Below, piece after piece: positions 21,666 to 32,645 of a DNA stretch of 35,814 nucleotides. Every line of letters starts with the position of its first letter. Position 1 is the stretch's first letter. This DNA comes from Octopus sinensis (lineage: Eukaryota): contig NW_021829918.1 of NCBI RefSeq assembly GCF_006345805.1, positions 1-35,814 of the forward strand, given 5' to 3'. Below the pieces are notes generated by a model that was not told where the DNA came from, ran no database searches, and saw only the letters and a list, made by a program, of their open reading frames with translations. The position numbers were made by a program, and so were the translations under genes.

Positions 21666-22342
21666 TGTGTGTCTGTGTTTGTCCCCCTAGCATTGCTTGA
21701 CAACTGATGCTGGTGTGTTTATGTCCCCGTCACTTAGCAGTTTGGCAAAAGAGACCGATAGAATAAGTACTAGGCTTACAAAGAATAAGTCCTGGGGTCG
21801 ATTTCCTCGACTAAAGGCGGTGCTCCAGCATGGCCACAGTCAAATGACTGAAACAAATAAAAGAGTAAAAGAGAGAGTAAGAGTACATATAATGCCATTT
21901 TATTTCATTAATTTTTAAAAATTAAATCAGCTAAATGCCTCCCATTATTGTCAATACACTGTTGGAGACGTTCCTGAAAGTTATCGATAACTCTTTGGAT
22001 CATTTCTTCTGGAATGGTGAAATGTGATTTTTACTTGTGGGGATATTTAAAATCAAAAGTATTCGGTCATCGCCTTCGATCTATCGATGAATAAAATGTG
22101 TAATTTGTGTAGAAATAGCAACCATTCCAGAAGAAATGATCCATAGAGTTATCGATAACTTTCACGATCGTCTCCAACAGTGTGCTGACAATGATGGGAG
22201 GCATTTAGCTGATTTAATTTTTAAAACTTAATGAAATAAAATGGTATCATATGTACATTCAGAAAATAAAATTTTTCTTTTCATTATTTCTTATTGCTTT
22301 TATTAAGCCTCCAAATGTGTCAGATCATTTTGGTTCACCCTG
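21425..22342. mobile_element. Tc1/mariner-superfamily fold-back MITE, interrupted by a SINE
   Basis: TA|CAGGGAGGACCAAAATGATCTGACACAT ... ATGTGTCAGATCATTTTGGTTCACCCTG|TA (26/28 TIR). Long internal inverted repeat. Transposase C-terminal remnant at 22023-22231. Confidence 0.8.
21454..21876 (+). mobile_element. SINE family A (full length) nested in the MITE
   Basis: Complete head, body, (TA)n and AAAAGAG tail. Confidence 0.88.
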
Positions 22343-22419
22343 TATATACATACACATATACACATGCTTGCATTCTTACATATACATACATACACACACA
22401 TACATACACACATTTCTAT

Positions 22420-23010
22420 AAGCTGGCAGAAACATTAGCACGCCAGGCGAAATGCGTAGCCATATTTCGTCTGCCGTTACGTTCTGGTTTCAAATTCCAC
22501 CGAGGTCGACTTTACCTTTCATCCTTTCGGGGTCGATAAATTAAGTACTAGTTACGCACCGGGGTCGATATAATCAACTTAATCCGTTTGTCCGTCCTTG
22601 TTTTTCCCCTCTGTGTTTAGCCCCTTGTGGGTAGTAAAGAAATAGGTATTTCGTCTGTCGTTACGTTCTGAGTTCAAATTCCGCTGAGGTCGACTTTGCC
22701 TTTCATCCTTTTGGGGTCGCGAAATTAAGTACCAGTTACGCACTGGGGTCGATATAATCGACTTAATCCGTTTGTCTGTCCTTGTTTGTCCCCTCTGTGT
22801 TTAGCCCCTTGTAGGTAGTAAAGAAATAGGTATTTCGTGTGCCGTTACGTTCTGAGTTCAAATTCCGCCGAGGTCAACTTTGCCTTTCATCCTTTCGGGG
22901 GTCGATAAATTAAGTACCAGTTACGCACTGGGGTCGATATAATCGACTTAATCCCTTTGTCTGTCCTTGTTTGTCCCCTCTGTGTTTAGCCCCTTGTAGG
23001 TAGTAAAGAA
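22420..23010 (+). mobile_element. SINE family B, head-to-tail trimer (~184-bp units)
   Basis: One head, then units at ~22462, 22646 and 22830. Confidence 0.85.
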
Positions 23011-23176
23011 ATATATATCTATATATACATACACACATACATATGCATGCACACATACACGCATAAACACGCATATACATGCATACATACACGCATACAT
23101 GCACCCACCAACACCCACACACACATTCATAGAGGAAGTACTAGTCTTCACTAATTATTACGTATGTTATCAAGTG

Positions 23177-23515
23177 AAGGCGCATGGCTCAGTGGTTAGA
23201 GCGTCGAGCTTACGATCGTGAGGTTGTGAGCTCGAATCGCGGTCCGGGCTGCGTGTTGTGTTCTTGAGCAAGGCACTTTATTTCACGTTGCTCCAGTTAA
23301 CTCAGCTGTAGAAATGAGTTGCGACGTCACTGGTGCCAAGCTGTATCGACCTTTGTCTTTCCCTTGGATAACACTGGTGGCGTGGAGAGGGGAGGCTGGT
23401 ATGCATGGGCGACTGTTGGTCTTCCATAAACAACCTTGCCCGGACTTGTGTCTAGGAGGGTAACTTTCTAGGTGGAATCCCATGGTCATTCATGACCGAA
23501 GGGGGTCTTTACCCT
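23177..23515 (+). mobile_element. tRNA-derived CORE-like SINE with 10-bp TSD
   Basis: A box TGGCTCAGTGG, B box GAGCTCGAATC; TSD TTATCAAGTG at 23167-23176 and 23516-23525. Confidence 0.85.
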
Positions 23516-23696
23516 TTATCAAGTGTCATCTAGAAGGGTATGCCCCAGCATGGCCGCACGCCTTAGTTTGAAACTAGTAACAAAATAAAAAAAATAAAAA
23601 ATTAAGAAAACCCGCGAAGATTTCCGTTATTCACAAACTTCTCATTCTTCCTGTCTAATCATGTTGTCTGTCTGTGCGTCTGTCCCTCTCTTGCAG

Positions 23697-23794
23697 CTCG
23701 CTTCCAAGTTCATGAATGCTGACGCGGTGACAGCCCTCTACGTGACCCAGGCAGACAAACTCCGCGATCAGGGCAAAGTGAAAGAAGCAGAAAG
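23697..23794 (+). CDS. IFT172: IFT172 exon 11: LASKFMNADAVTALYVTQADKLRDQGKVKEAE(R)
   Basis: ttgcAG / GTaaga; 98 nt, ends phase 2. Matches [33 protein letters not shown]. Confidence 0.95.
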
Positions 23795-24313
23795 GTAAGA
23801 CAATCTATCTGCCCCTGCCCTGCCCCTGCGTCTTTTGCATTACCAATCCTTCCGCCACCTCAGTCAATCGCTCCGCCCCCCCGCCTGTTGCACATTTTGT
23901 CATATGCTCTCGCTTTTCATTGGATAGCTTTTTAAGCCAGAATGTCACTCACAGTTATGAAGATCCCTTTTTTTTTCTCTTTTTACATGTGATCCACCTC
24001 TCCCTACGCCTCTATCTCTGCCGGCTGCTGGGTTGTTAGCCAGTCATGCGAACCCATCCCTCATTCTATCCCCCCCCCCCCCATCAACAACAGGCACTCT
24101 GTCGGTTACTATGACGAGGGTTCCAGTTGATCCGATCAACAGAACATCCTGCTTGTGAAATTAACTTACAAGTGGTTGAGTACCCCACAGACATGAATGC
24201 CCTTAATGTAGTTCTCAGAGAGATTCAGCAGACATGGAATGTGACAAAAGCTGGCCCCTTTGAATTACCGGTACTACTCCCTTTTGCCAGGTAAGTGGAT
24301 TGGAGCAATGTAA

Positions 24314-24788
24314 GTTAAGTTAAGTTATGTTAATTTTTGGGCTCAAAAAGCAAAAAGCAAGGCCATGTAGGGGGACATGGAGTTATGTACAGGGTGGTGT
24401 TCATATAAAGAGTTCAGGCCACTTGAGGTCCAGGGAGGCTTTGAACAAAGCGGTCGTCGGCATCTTCACTATCTCGTCTGGCAGCTTATTCCACGGATCA
24501 GCAACCCGGACGGAGAAAGCCCCTCTCCTTCGATTGAGATGAAATCGTCGCAGATAGAGCTTTTCGGAGTGACCCCGCAGCCAACGCTCTGGAGCAGGAG
24601 TGAAGAACAGCTCTTTCGAGAGGTTACACTTTCCGCTTATGATGTTGTGAGCAAGAATGAGATCACCACGGCGGCGGCGTTTTTCTAGAGAATAGAGGTC
24701 GAGCGTCTTCAGCCTTTCTTCATAAGACAAATGCTTGAGACCAAGAACCATGCGGGTAGCCAGCTTCTGGACTCTTTCGAGATGATGT
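24314..24788 (-). mobile_element. CR1-clade LINE 3' end with intact ORF2 C-terminus, inserted in a family D SINE
   Basis: ORF 24401-24751 LKHLSYEERLKTLDLYSLEKRRRRGDLI...FSVRVADPWNKLP is the characteristic CR1 ORF2 end; (TAACT)n tail. SINE halves at 24085-24310 and 24795-24890. Confidence 0.88.
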
Positions 24789-24914
24789 ATGTAACATAAA
24801 GAGTTTTGCTCAAGGACACAAGGTACTGCTGGGAATCAACCTTATGACCTTATGATCACGAGTCAAATGCCATACCCTCTGCCCTATGAATATTTATATT
24901 TGTGGTTGTGTGGT

Positions 24915-25078
24915 AGGCGCAGGAGTGGCTGTGTGGTAAGTAGCTTGCTTCCCAACCACATGGTTCCGAGTTCAGTCCCACTGTGTGGCATCTTGGGCAA
25001 GTGTCTTCTACTACATCCTTGGGATGACCAAAGACATGTGAGTGGATTTGGTGGACGGAAACTGAAAGAAGCCCATCG

Positions 25079-25111
<33 letters not shown>

Positions 25112-25260
25112 CTCTTGGCGAAAGAGACCGATAGAATAAGTACTGGGCTTACAAAGAATAAGTCCTGGGGTTGAGTTGCTCGATTAAAAGGCGCTGCTCC
25201 AGCATGGCCGCAGTCACATGCCTGAAACGAGTTAAAGAGTAAAAAGAAGAGTAAAAGAGA
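24915..25260 (+). mobile_element. SINE family A
   Basis: Head, body and tail present; internal deletion. Confidence 0.82.
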
Positions 25261-25347
25261 ACTAAATGCCCTAACCCCTAAGCGGCGCACATTGACCCCT
25301 ATTTATAAGACTCTCTCTCTGATTAGCTACTTCTGTATACTCCTCAG

Positions 25348-25483
25348 GCTCTTCCTTACCGTCGAGGAACCCGAGCGTGCGATTGCCATGTACAAACAGC
25401 TGAAGATGTACCCAGATGTTCTGCGACTGGTGAAGCTCTATCATCGGGACATGCTGGAAGAGACCTACTGCCGACTTGCCAAG
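25348..25483 (+). CDS. IFT172: IFT172 exon 12: LFLTVEEPERAIAMYKQLKMYPDVLRLVKLYHRDMLEETYCRLAK
   Basis: cctcAG / GTttgc; 136 nt, phase 2 to 0. Matches [28 protein letters not shown]. Confidence 0.95.
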
Positions 25484-25522
25484 GTTTGCTGCGGACCCCA
25501 CTTTCTATGCTGCTTTTTTTGT

Positions 25523-26453
25523 CATTTAATTACTTGTTGTTTGCTTGTTTATTTGTTTTATGTTTTACTCCTGTGATTCTATGCTGGCATGAATCGGAGG
25601 AAGACTTTTTTTTTAGGTTATGGCTGTGTTTGACAGCCTGATGCCCTTTCTTTTGCAAGGAAACTTTTAACAAGGGATTTCTATTTTTTACTCTTCTACT
25701 GGGGGTTTGTGAACCTCACAAATTGCTGGCCCCTTCATGAAATCATTGATAACTAATCATTTACCCCACCCGCCATCATGAAATTTTCTAAAATATATTA
25801 GTAAAATATAATTAGTAAAAGAAATTTCTTAGTTGATTCATTTAATACTTGTTGTTTGCTTTTATTTGTTTTATGTTTTACTTCTGTGATTCTATGCTGG
25901 CATGATCGGAGGAAGACTTTTTTTTTGGTTATGGCTGTTGTTTGACAGCCTGATGCCCTTTCTTTTGCAAGGAAACTTTTAACAAGGGATTTCTATTTTT
26001 TACTCTTCTACTGGGGGTTTGTGAACCTCACAAATCGCTGGCCCCTTCATGAAATCATTGATAACTAATCATTTACCCCACCCGCCATCATGAAATTTTC
26101 TAAAATATAATTAGTAAAATATAATTAGTAAAAGAAATTTCTTAGTTGATTTCATTTAATTACTTGTTGTTTGCTTGTTTATTTGTTTTATGTTTTACTT
26201 CTGTGATTCTATGCTGGCATGGATCGGTGGAAGACTTTTTTTTTAGGTTATGGCTGTGTTTGACAACCTGATGCCCTTTCTTTTGCAAAGAAACTTTTAA
26301 CAAGGGATTGCTATTTTTTACTCTTCTACCAGGGGTTTGCGAACCTCACAAATCGATGGCTCCTTCATGAAATCATTGATAACTAATCATTTACCCCACC
26401 TGCCATCATGTAATTTTCTAAAATATAATTAGTAAAAGAAATTTCTTAGTTGA
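25523..26453. repeat. ~315-bp tandem triplication
   Basis: Near-identical units start at ~25523, 25839 and 26152. Confidence 0.92.
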
Positions 26454-26479
26454 TATATAAATTTCTCAATTTTCATAGT

Positions 26480-26639
26480 ACAGGCGTGGCTGTGTTGTAA
26501 GAAGTTTGCTTCCCAACCACATGGTTCTGGGTTCAGTCCCTCTGCATGGCATCTTGGGCAAGTGTCTTCTGCTATAGCCCCGGGCCGACCAATGCCTTCT
26601 GAGTGGATTTGGTAGACAGAAACTGAAAGAAGCCTGTGG

Positions 26640-26672
<33 letters not shown>

Positions 26673-26883
26673 TATATATTATATATGTATATATGTATGT
26701 GTTTGTCCCCCTAGCATTGCTTGACAACTGATGCTGGTATATTTATGTCCCCATCACTTAGCTGTTCGGCAAAAGAGACCGATAGAATAGGTACTGGGCT
26801 TACAAAGAATAAGTCCCGGGGTCGAGTTGCTCGATTAAAGGCGGTGCTTCAGCATGGCCGCAGTCAAATGACTGAAACAAGTA

Positions 26884-26886
<3 letters not shown>
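26480..26886 (+). mobile_element. SINE family A
   Basis: Head, body, (TA)n and tail present. Confidence 0.82.
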
Positions 26887-26924
<38 letters not shown>

Positions 26925-27114
26925 GTGCGTAAAAAGCACCATCTGATTGTGGTTGATGCCAGCTACCCTGCCCCTGTGCCGGTGGCACATAAAAAGCACC
27001 CACTACACTCTCAGCCACTCCTGTGCTTTATATATATATATATATGTATGTATATATTAACAGAATGAGTTAAAAAACCCAAGGCTGTGAAAGTTTCCAG
27101 AGCGTTTATAAAGA

Positions 27115-27159
27115 GAAAGTCTGACAGCTGTTTCCGGGATATTTTATATATCCCCTCAT
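27115..27159 (-). ncRNA. 5'-truncated hammerhead ribozyme remnant
   Basis: Minus strand reads AUGA-G-GGGAUAU-AUAAA-AUAUCCC-G-GAAA-CAGCUG-UC-AGAC. The CUG and the 5' strand of helix I are missing. Confidence 0.6.
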
Positions 27160-27466
27160 ATATTAATAAATAGAACATATGCATATATATAAACATATAT
27201 GTACGTACCTACCTCTACATGTACATATACACGCATATATGAGTACAGGACACCAAAAAGGACGTCGTAAACAATGAGAAACGAAAACATAGACACAAAC
27301 CAAAGGAACTGGACATTTTTTTAAACAACAAAAAAATAGAGTACAGGACAAATAACACAAAGAAAAAACCCCTTCTTCAGTCGCTATGGTTTCATCTACT
27401 CTACGTTTCGAAGGTGAAAGCGAGACGTATTTTCGACAAGAAACTTTTCTTCCTGCGAAATACATG

Positions 27467-27498
<32 letters not shown>

Positions 27499-27501
27499 CC
27501 A

Positions 27502-29087
27502 TATCAAAATAGATGAACATCAATGGAATTTGTATCTTTGTGGTTCCAGTACCGGTGGCACACAAGAAAACCATCCGAACGTGGCCGTAGCCAGTACCGC
27601 ATCGACTGGCCTCCGTGCTGTGGGCACAACAAACACCATCTGATCGTGGCCGTTCGCCAGCCTCATCTGGCACCTGTGTCGGTGGCACATAAAAAACCAT
27701 CCGAAGACCCGGCGACGTAGTCAGTCCACCTGTGCATACCTTCCTACTTATGACACTTGTGAAGACCTGTTGAGGCAAGTGTGTGACACTTGTGTAGACC
27801 TGTTGAGGCAAGTGAAAATCAAATCAAATCAAATCAAACCAAATCAAAATAGATGAACATCAATGGAATTTGTATCTTTGTGGTACCAGTACCGGTGGCA
27901 CACAAGAAAACCATCCGAACGTGGCCGTATAGCCAGTACCGCATCGACTGGCCTCTGTGATGTGGGCACATAACAAACACCATCCGATCGTGGCCGTCCG
28001 CCAGCCTCATCTGGCACCTGTGTCGGTGGCACATAAAAACACCAACCGAAGACCCGGCAAGACTAGTCAGGCCATAACCCGTGGCCCCTACTTGGGACGT
28101 AGTCAGTCCACCTGTGCATACCTTCCTTCCTTCTTGTGACACTTGTGAAGACCTGTGAAGACCTGTTGAGGCAAGTGAAAATCAAATCAAATCAAATCAA
28201 ATCAAAATAGATGAACATCAATGGAATTTGTATCTTTGTGGTACCAGTGCCGGTGGCACACAAGAGAACCATCCGAACGTGGCCGTAGCCAGTACCGCAT
28301 CGACTGGCCTCCGTGCTGTGGGCACGTAACAAACACCATCCGTTCGTGGCCGTTCGCCAGCCTCATCTGGCACCTGTGTCGGTGGCACATAAAAACACCA
28401 TCCGAAGACCCGGCAAGACTAGTCAGGCCATAACCCGTGGCCCCTACCTGGGACGTAGTCAGTCCACCTGTGCATACCTTCCTTCTTGTGACACTTGTGA
28501 AGACCTGTTGAGGCAAGTGAAAATCAAATCAAAACAAATCAAAATAGATGAACATCAATGGAATTTGTATCTTTGTGGTACCAGTGCCGGTGGCACACAA
28601 GAAAATCATCCGAACGTGGCCGTAGCCAGTACCGCATAGACTGGCCTCCGTGCTTTGGGGACGTAACAAACACCATCCGATCGTGGCCGTCCGCCAGCCT
28701 CATCTGGCACCTGTGTCGGTGGCACATAAAAACACCATCCGAGCGTGGCCGTCTGCCAGCCTCGTCTGGCACCTGTGTCGGTGGCACATAAAAACACCAT
28801 CCGAGCGTGGCCGTCTGCCAGCCTCATCTGGCACCTGTGTCGGTGGCACATAAAAACACCATCCGAGCGTGGCCGTTCACCAGCCTCGTCTGGCACCTGT
28901 GTCGGTGGCACATAAAATCACCCACTACACTCTCGGAGTGGTTGGCGTTAGGAAGGGCATCCAGCTGTAGAAACACTGCCAGATCTGACTGGCCTGGTGC
29001 AGCCTTCGGGCTCCCCAGACCCCAGTTGAACCGTCCAACCCATGCTAGCATGGAAAACGGACGCTAAATGATGATGATGATGATGAT
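27502..29087 (+). mobile_element. Family C element with a 5' array of ~350-bp units and ~62-bp subrepeats, (GAT)n tail
   Basis: Units start at ~27502, 27843, 28201 and 28538, separated by (AAATC)n. Four 62-bp repeats at 28670-28915, then the family C tail. Confidence 0.75.
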
Positions 29088-29102
29088 ATATATATATATG
29101 TA

Positions 29103-29150
<48 letters not shown>

Positions 29151-29589
29151 AACACACACACATATACACACACATATATATAATATTCAGAGGTTGGCAA
29201 ACTTTTGGTATCATCGACTTCATCGATGGACCCGTTGATAACTTATTGACCCCGCATCATGTAAATTTCTAAAATGAAAATTAAGAAGGACAATTAACAA
29301 AAAGAAAAAAAAAACACCCCAAAAAATTTTGATTTAATAACTATAGTTGTTCTTTCATTATTACCTCTGAATAAAAAAAATATCTAAAGAAATTTCATGA
29401 TGGTACTTATCGAAATTAATATAGAACAATAAAAATTCAGTCCTGTTATTAAGTTGTCATAGCCAGAATATTTAATGCAGAATTTGTGCTTGGATAATAT
29501 GAGTTATTGTGTTGGTGTTTGGAAAGAAATCAGTGAATTTTGGGTTTGAATTATTGCATTCTGCCAGATTGTAGTTCGCTAATAATTTT

Positions 29590-29871
29590 GGCCTGCCAGC
29601 CTCGCCTGGCCCCCGTGCTGGTGGCACGTAAAAGCACCATCCGTTCGTGGCTGTTTGCCAGCTCCGTCTGGCACCTGTGCGGGTGGCACGTAAAAAGCAC
29701 CCACTACACTCACGGAGTGGTTGGCGTTAGGAAGGGCATCCAGCCGTAGAAACACTGCCAGATCAGACTGGGCCTGATGCAGCCTTCTGGCTTCTCAGAC
29801 CCCAGTTGAACTATCCAACCCATGCTAGCATGGAAAGCGGACGCTAAATGATGATGATGATGATGATGATG
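29590..29871 (+). mobile_element. Family C retroelement 3' end
   Basis: Same motif and (GAT)n tail as the other family C copies. Confidence 0.75.
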
Positions 29872-29884
29872 AATGCTCAAAACC

Positions 29885-30150
29885 GTGGAGGCGCGTGGCT
29901 TAGTGGTTAGGGTGTCAGCATCATGATCGTAAGATTGTGGTTTCAATTCCTGGACCGGGCGACGTGTTGTGTTTTTGAGCAAAACACTTCATTTCACGTT
30001 GCTCCAGTCCACTCAGCTGGCAAAAATGAGTAACGCTGCGATGGACTGGCGTCTCGTCCAGCTGGGGAACACAAACGCCATAGAAACCGGGAAACCGGGC
30101 CCTGTGAGCCTGGCTAGGCTTTAAAAAGGCGCATTTATTTATTCTATTTT
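29885..30150 (+). mobile_element. tRNA-derived CORE-like SINE with 13-bp TSD
   Basis: A box TGGCTTAGTGG, B box GGTTTCAATTCC; TSD AATGCTCAAAACC at 29872-29884 and 30151-30163. Confidence 0.85.
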
Positions 30151-30967
30151 AATGCTCAAAACCCTTTCTTGTGTTTAATGATCCCTTGGATAATCGCATA
30201 GACCATCAGAGGATCAATATTGACAGCCTTGACGATCCTTGTGCTTGGAAATTAGGGAGTTTTAGGTGTTAATTCCTGAACCCTTCCAATTAATGATCGT
30301 TAATAATTTAGCCCTTTTAATGCTCAAAATCCTTTCTTATGTTTAATGAACCCCTGGATAGTTACATGGTCCCTTTCCCCACCAGGAAATGAATATCAAC
30401 AGCTTTTGTCTTTCATCCTTTTGGGGCTAATAAATTAAGTACTAGTTGTGTAATTGACTAGCCCTGCCCTCCACCAAAAAATTTCAGGCCTTTTGCCTAT
30501 AGGTGAAAAGTTTATTATTATTGCAAAAAATGGTTGAGGACCATTGCCCTTAAACATTACTCAAAGAGCTGAACCTGGAAAACCCTAAACCCCTAAACCA
30601 TCCTCTCAGTTTGCTAAACCTCTCATCCAAACCTCAATAACTGAACCTTATTTTATCTCAGCTCACTTCAGTTTCTCTGTGAGGCCTTGTGTCAACTAAA
30701 TCTGACCTCTGACCTGATATAAGCAAGACCATCCTGTCATGACCTTTTCATCAACTGTTTTCTATCTATGGACCCCTTTGATTGCTCTTTTACTCTGGTA
30801 AACCCCTATATCCGTTTGATGTTTAAAAAATAGTTTTATAGAAACCTCTTTCAAAATTCCTGTTTTGTTTTTCACACGTTCCCCTTGTGTAGGTGGATCT
30901 GTGTAAAATGGGAAGAGAAAGAAACCCAGCTGTTTCTTATTTCTTTATTGCCCACAAGGGGCTAGAC

Positions 30968-31250
30968 ATATAAAGCACATGCAGTAATGTACAAATGTCT
31001 GGAAAGCGAACAATGTATGAGTCAGATACATGCTTGCGTGTGTATGGAGGGGAGAAAATCAGGTGTAGTGTTGGCGAATCTCAGGAAGCATGGAAGTTTT
31101 GAAGGATGCAGTGCTCTAACAACTGATGCCGGCCCTTTGTTCCATGCTTCAGCAACTCTCAGCGTGAAAAAATGTTTCCTAAAGTCATGGGAGCTGTGCT
31201 GTTTTCTGACTTTGTAAATATGTCCACGGGTGTTAGATGTTTGATTTAGA
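30968..31250 (-). mobile_element. CR1-like LINE 3' fragment (second family)
   Basis: ORF 31022-31285 SNTRGHIYKVRKQHSSHDFRKHFFTLRVAEAWNK.P matches the CR1 ORF2 C-terminal TRGH..K....R..FF..RV...WN.LP pattern. Confidence 0.8.
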
Positions 31251-31602
31251 TGTATGTATTGCAAGGAATGGCTAGGTTTTATCATCTAACATTTCACATA
31301 GTTTAACCTACAAAGTTAAGATGAATTTTAAAAGAAAGTATATATAAGACATTTGTACATTACTGCATATGCTTTATACGCACTTTCTGACAAGTTGTGG
31401 TGCACCTGAGCACTCTATACAATAATTTCATTATTATTATTATTATTTAAAATGTTATCAGGGCCCTTAAGATACTATTGTGGACCCCCAACTTACTATT
31501 TTGCTGCACAGAACCCCAAAAGTCTAATATAGACCCTTAGGGGCCATATTGAACCTGTATCAGAACCGCTGATCTAATGTGTCTCTTTCTTTTTCTCTCC
31601 AG

Positions 31603-31719
31603 GAAGTTGAATCTGATGGGAACCTACGTCAGGCTGAGGAATACCTGCTTAGTGCCAACAATGCCAAAGCAGCGATAAATATGTACCGGTCTCAGAATAT
31701 GTGGTCTGATGCCTACAGA
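31603..31719 (+). CDS. IFT172: IFT172 exon 13: EVESDGNLRQAEEYLLSANNAKAAINMYRSQNMWSDAYR
   Basis: ctccAG / GTgagt; 117 nt. Matches [39 protein letters not shown]. The gene continues beyond the window. Confidence 0.95.
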
Positions 31720-31729
31720 GTGAGTACAA

Positions 31730-31730
<1 letters not shown>

Positions 31731-31776
<46 letters not shown>

Positions 31777-31934
31777 CATTATTATTATTGTTGTTGTTGT
31801 TGCTGTTGCTGTTGCTGTTGCTGTTGTTGTTGTTGTTGTTGTTGCTGTTGTTGTTGTTATAATTACTGTTATTATTATTATTATTATTGTTATTATTATT
31901 GTTATTATTATTGTTATTATTATTATTATTATTA

Positions 31935-31970
<36 letters not shown>
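31731..31970. repeat. (TTA)/(TTG)/(CTG) compound microsatellite
   Basis: Directly visible. Confidence 0.95.
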
Positions 31971-31976
<6 letters not shown>

Positions 31977-32050
31977 CACACAACTTTAACTTTCCTACGA
32001 ATTATATTCAAACTCGTTGCTTCGAGGTTCGCCCGCCCTCCCACCCCTTC

Positions 32051-32136
32051 CACCAATACCGGAATTTTCTACACCAGTACCAGAAGTTTCTACACCAATA
32101 CCGGAAGTTTCTACACCAATACCGGAAGTTTCTACC
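32051..32136. repeat. 21-bp minisatellite CACCAATACCGGAAGTTTCTA x4
   Basis: Directly visible. Confidence 0.9.
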
Positions 32137-32224
32137 CCTGTCTTACTTGACTATCCCCCCCCGCCCCGAGTATACCCCCACTCACACCTCTATGTAGGGT
32201 TTATTTGATCATATAGCGCAGCGC

Positions 32225-32494
32225 CGCCAGGACTGGCTTCCGTGCCGGTGGCACGTAAAATGCACCAATCCGACCGTGGCCGTTGCCAGCCTCGCCTGGC
32301 ACCTGTGCAAGTGGCACGTAAAAAGCACCCACTACACTCACAGAGTGGTTGGTGTTAGGAAGGGCATCCAGCTGTAGAAACACTGCCAGATCAGACTGGA
32401 GCCTGGTGCAGCCTTCTGGCTTCCCAGACCCCGGTCGAACTGTCCAACCCATGCTAGCATGGAAAGCAGACGTTAAACAATGATGATGATGATG
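32225..32494 (+). mobile_element. Family C retroelement 3' end
   Basis: Same motif and (GAT)n tail as the other family C copies. Confidence 0.75.
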
Positions 32495-32499
32495 ACACA

Positions 32500-32645
32500 C
32501 AACGGGCTTCTTTCAGTTTCCATCTACCAAATCCACTCACAAGGTTTTCGTCAAACTGAGGCTGCACAAAGTACCATGCGGTGGGACTGAACCTGGAACC
32601 ATGTGGTTGTGAAGCAGGCTTCTTACCACACAGCCACGCCTGCGC
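32500..32645 (-). mobile_element. SINE family A fragment
   Basis: Reverse complement of the head/body with a deletion. Confidence 0.7.

Noticed and set aside
23177-23250. tRNA gene-like sequences (also ~17005-17080, 29885-29955, 9702-9775)
   Set aside because: They have A/B boxes but poor acceptor stems and continue into SINE bodies, some with TSDs. They are SINE heads.
27366-27418. Minus-strand CCUUC-GAAA-CGUA...CUGAAGA-AGGGG as a type II hammerhead
   Set aside because: Core-like words are present, but there is no convincing helix I pairing and the helix II register is poor. Possibly a Penelope-related remnant.
28730-28915. 62-bp subrepeat as an HDV-like ribozyme (GCCAGCCTCGTCTGGCACC resembles HDV P3/L3)
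   Set aside because: I could not find P1 or P2 partner strands for the double pseudoknot.
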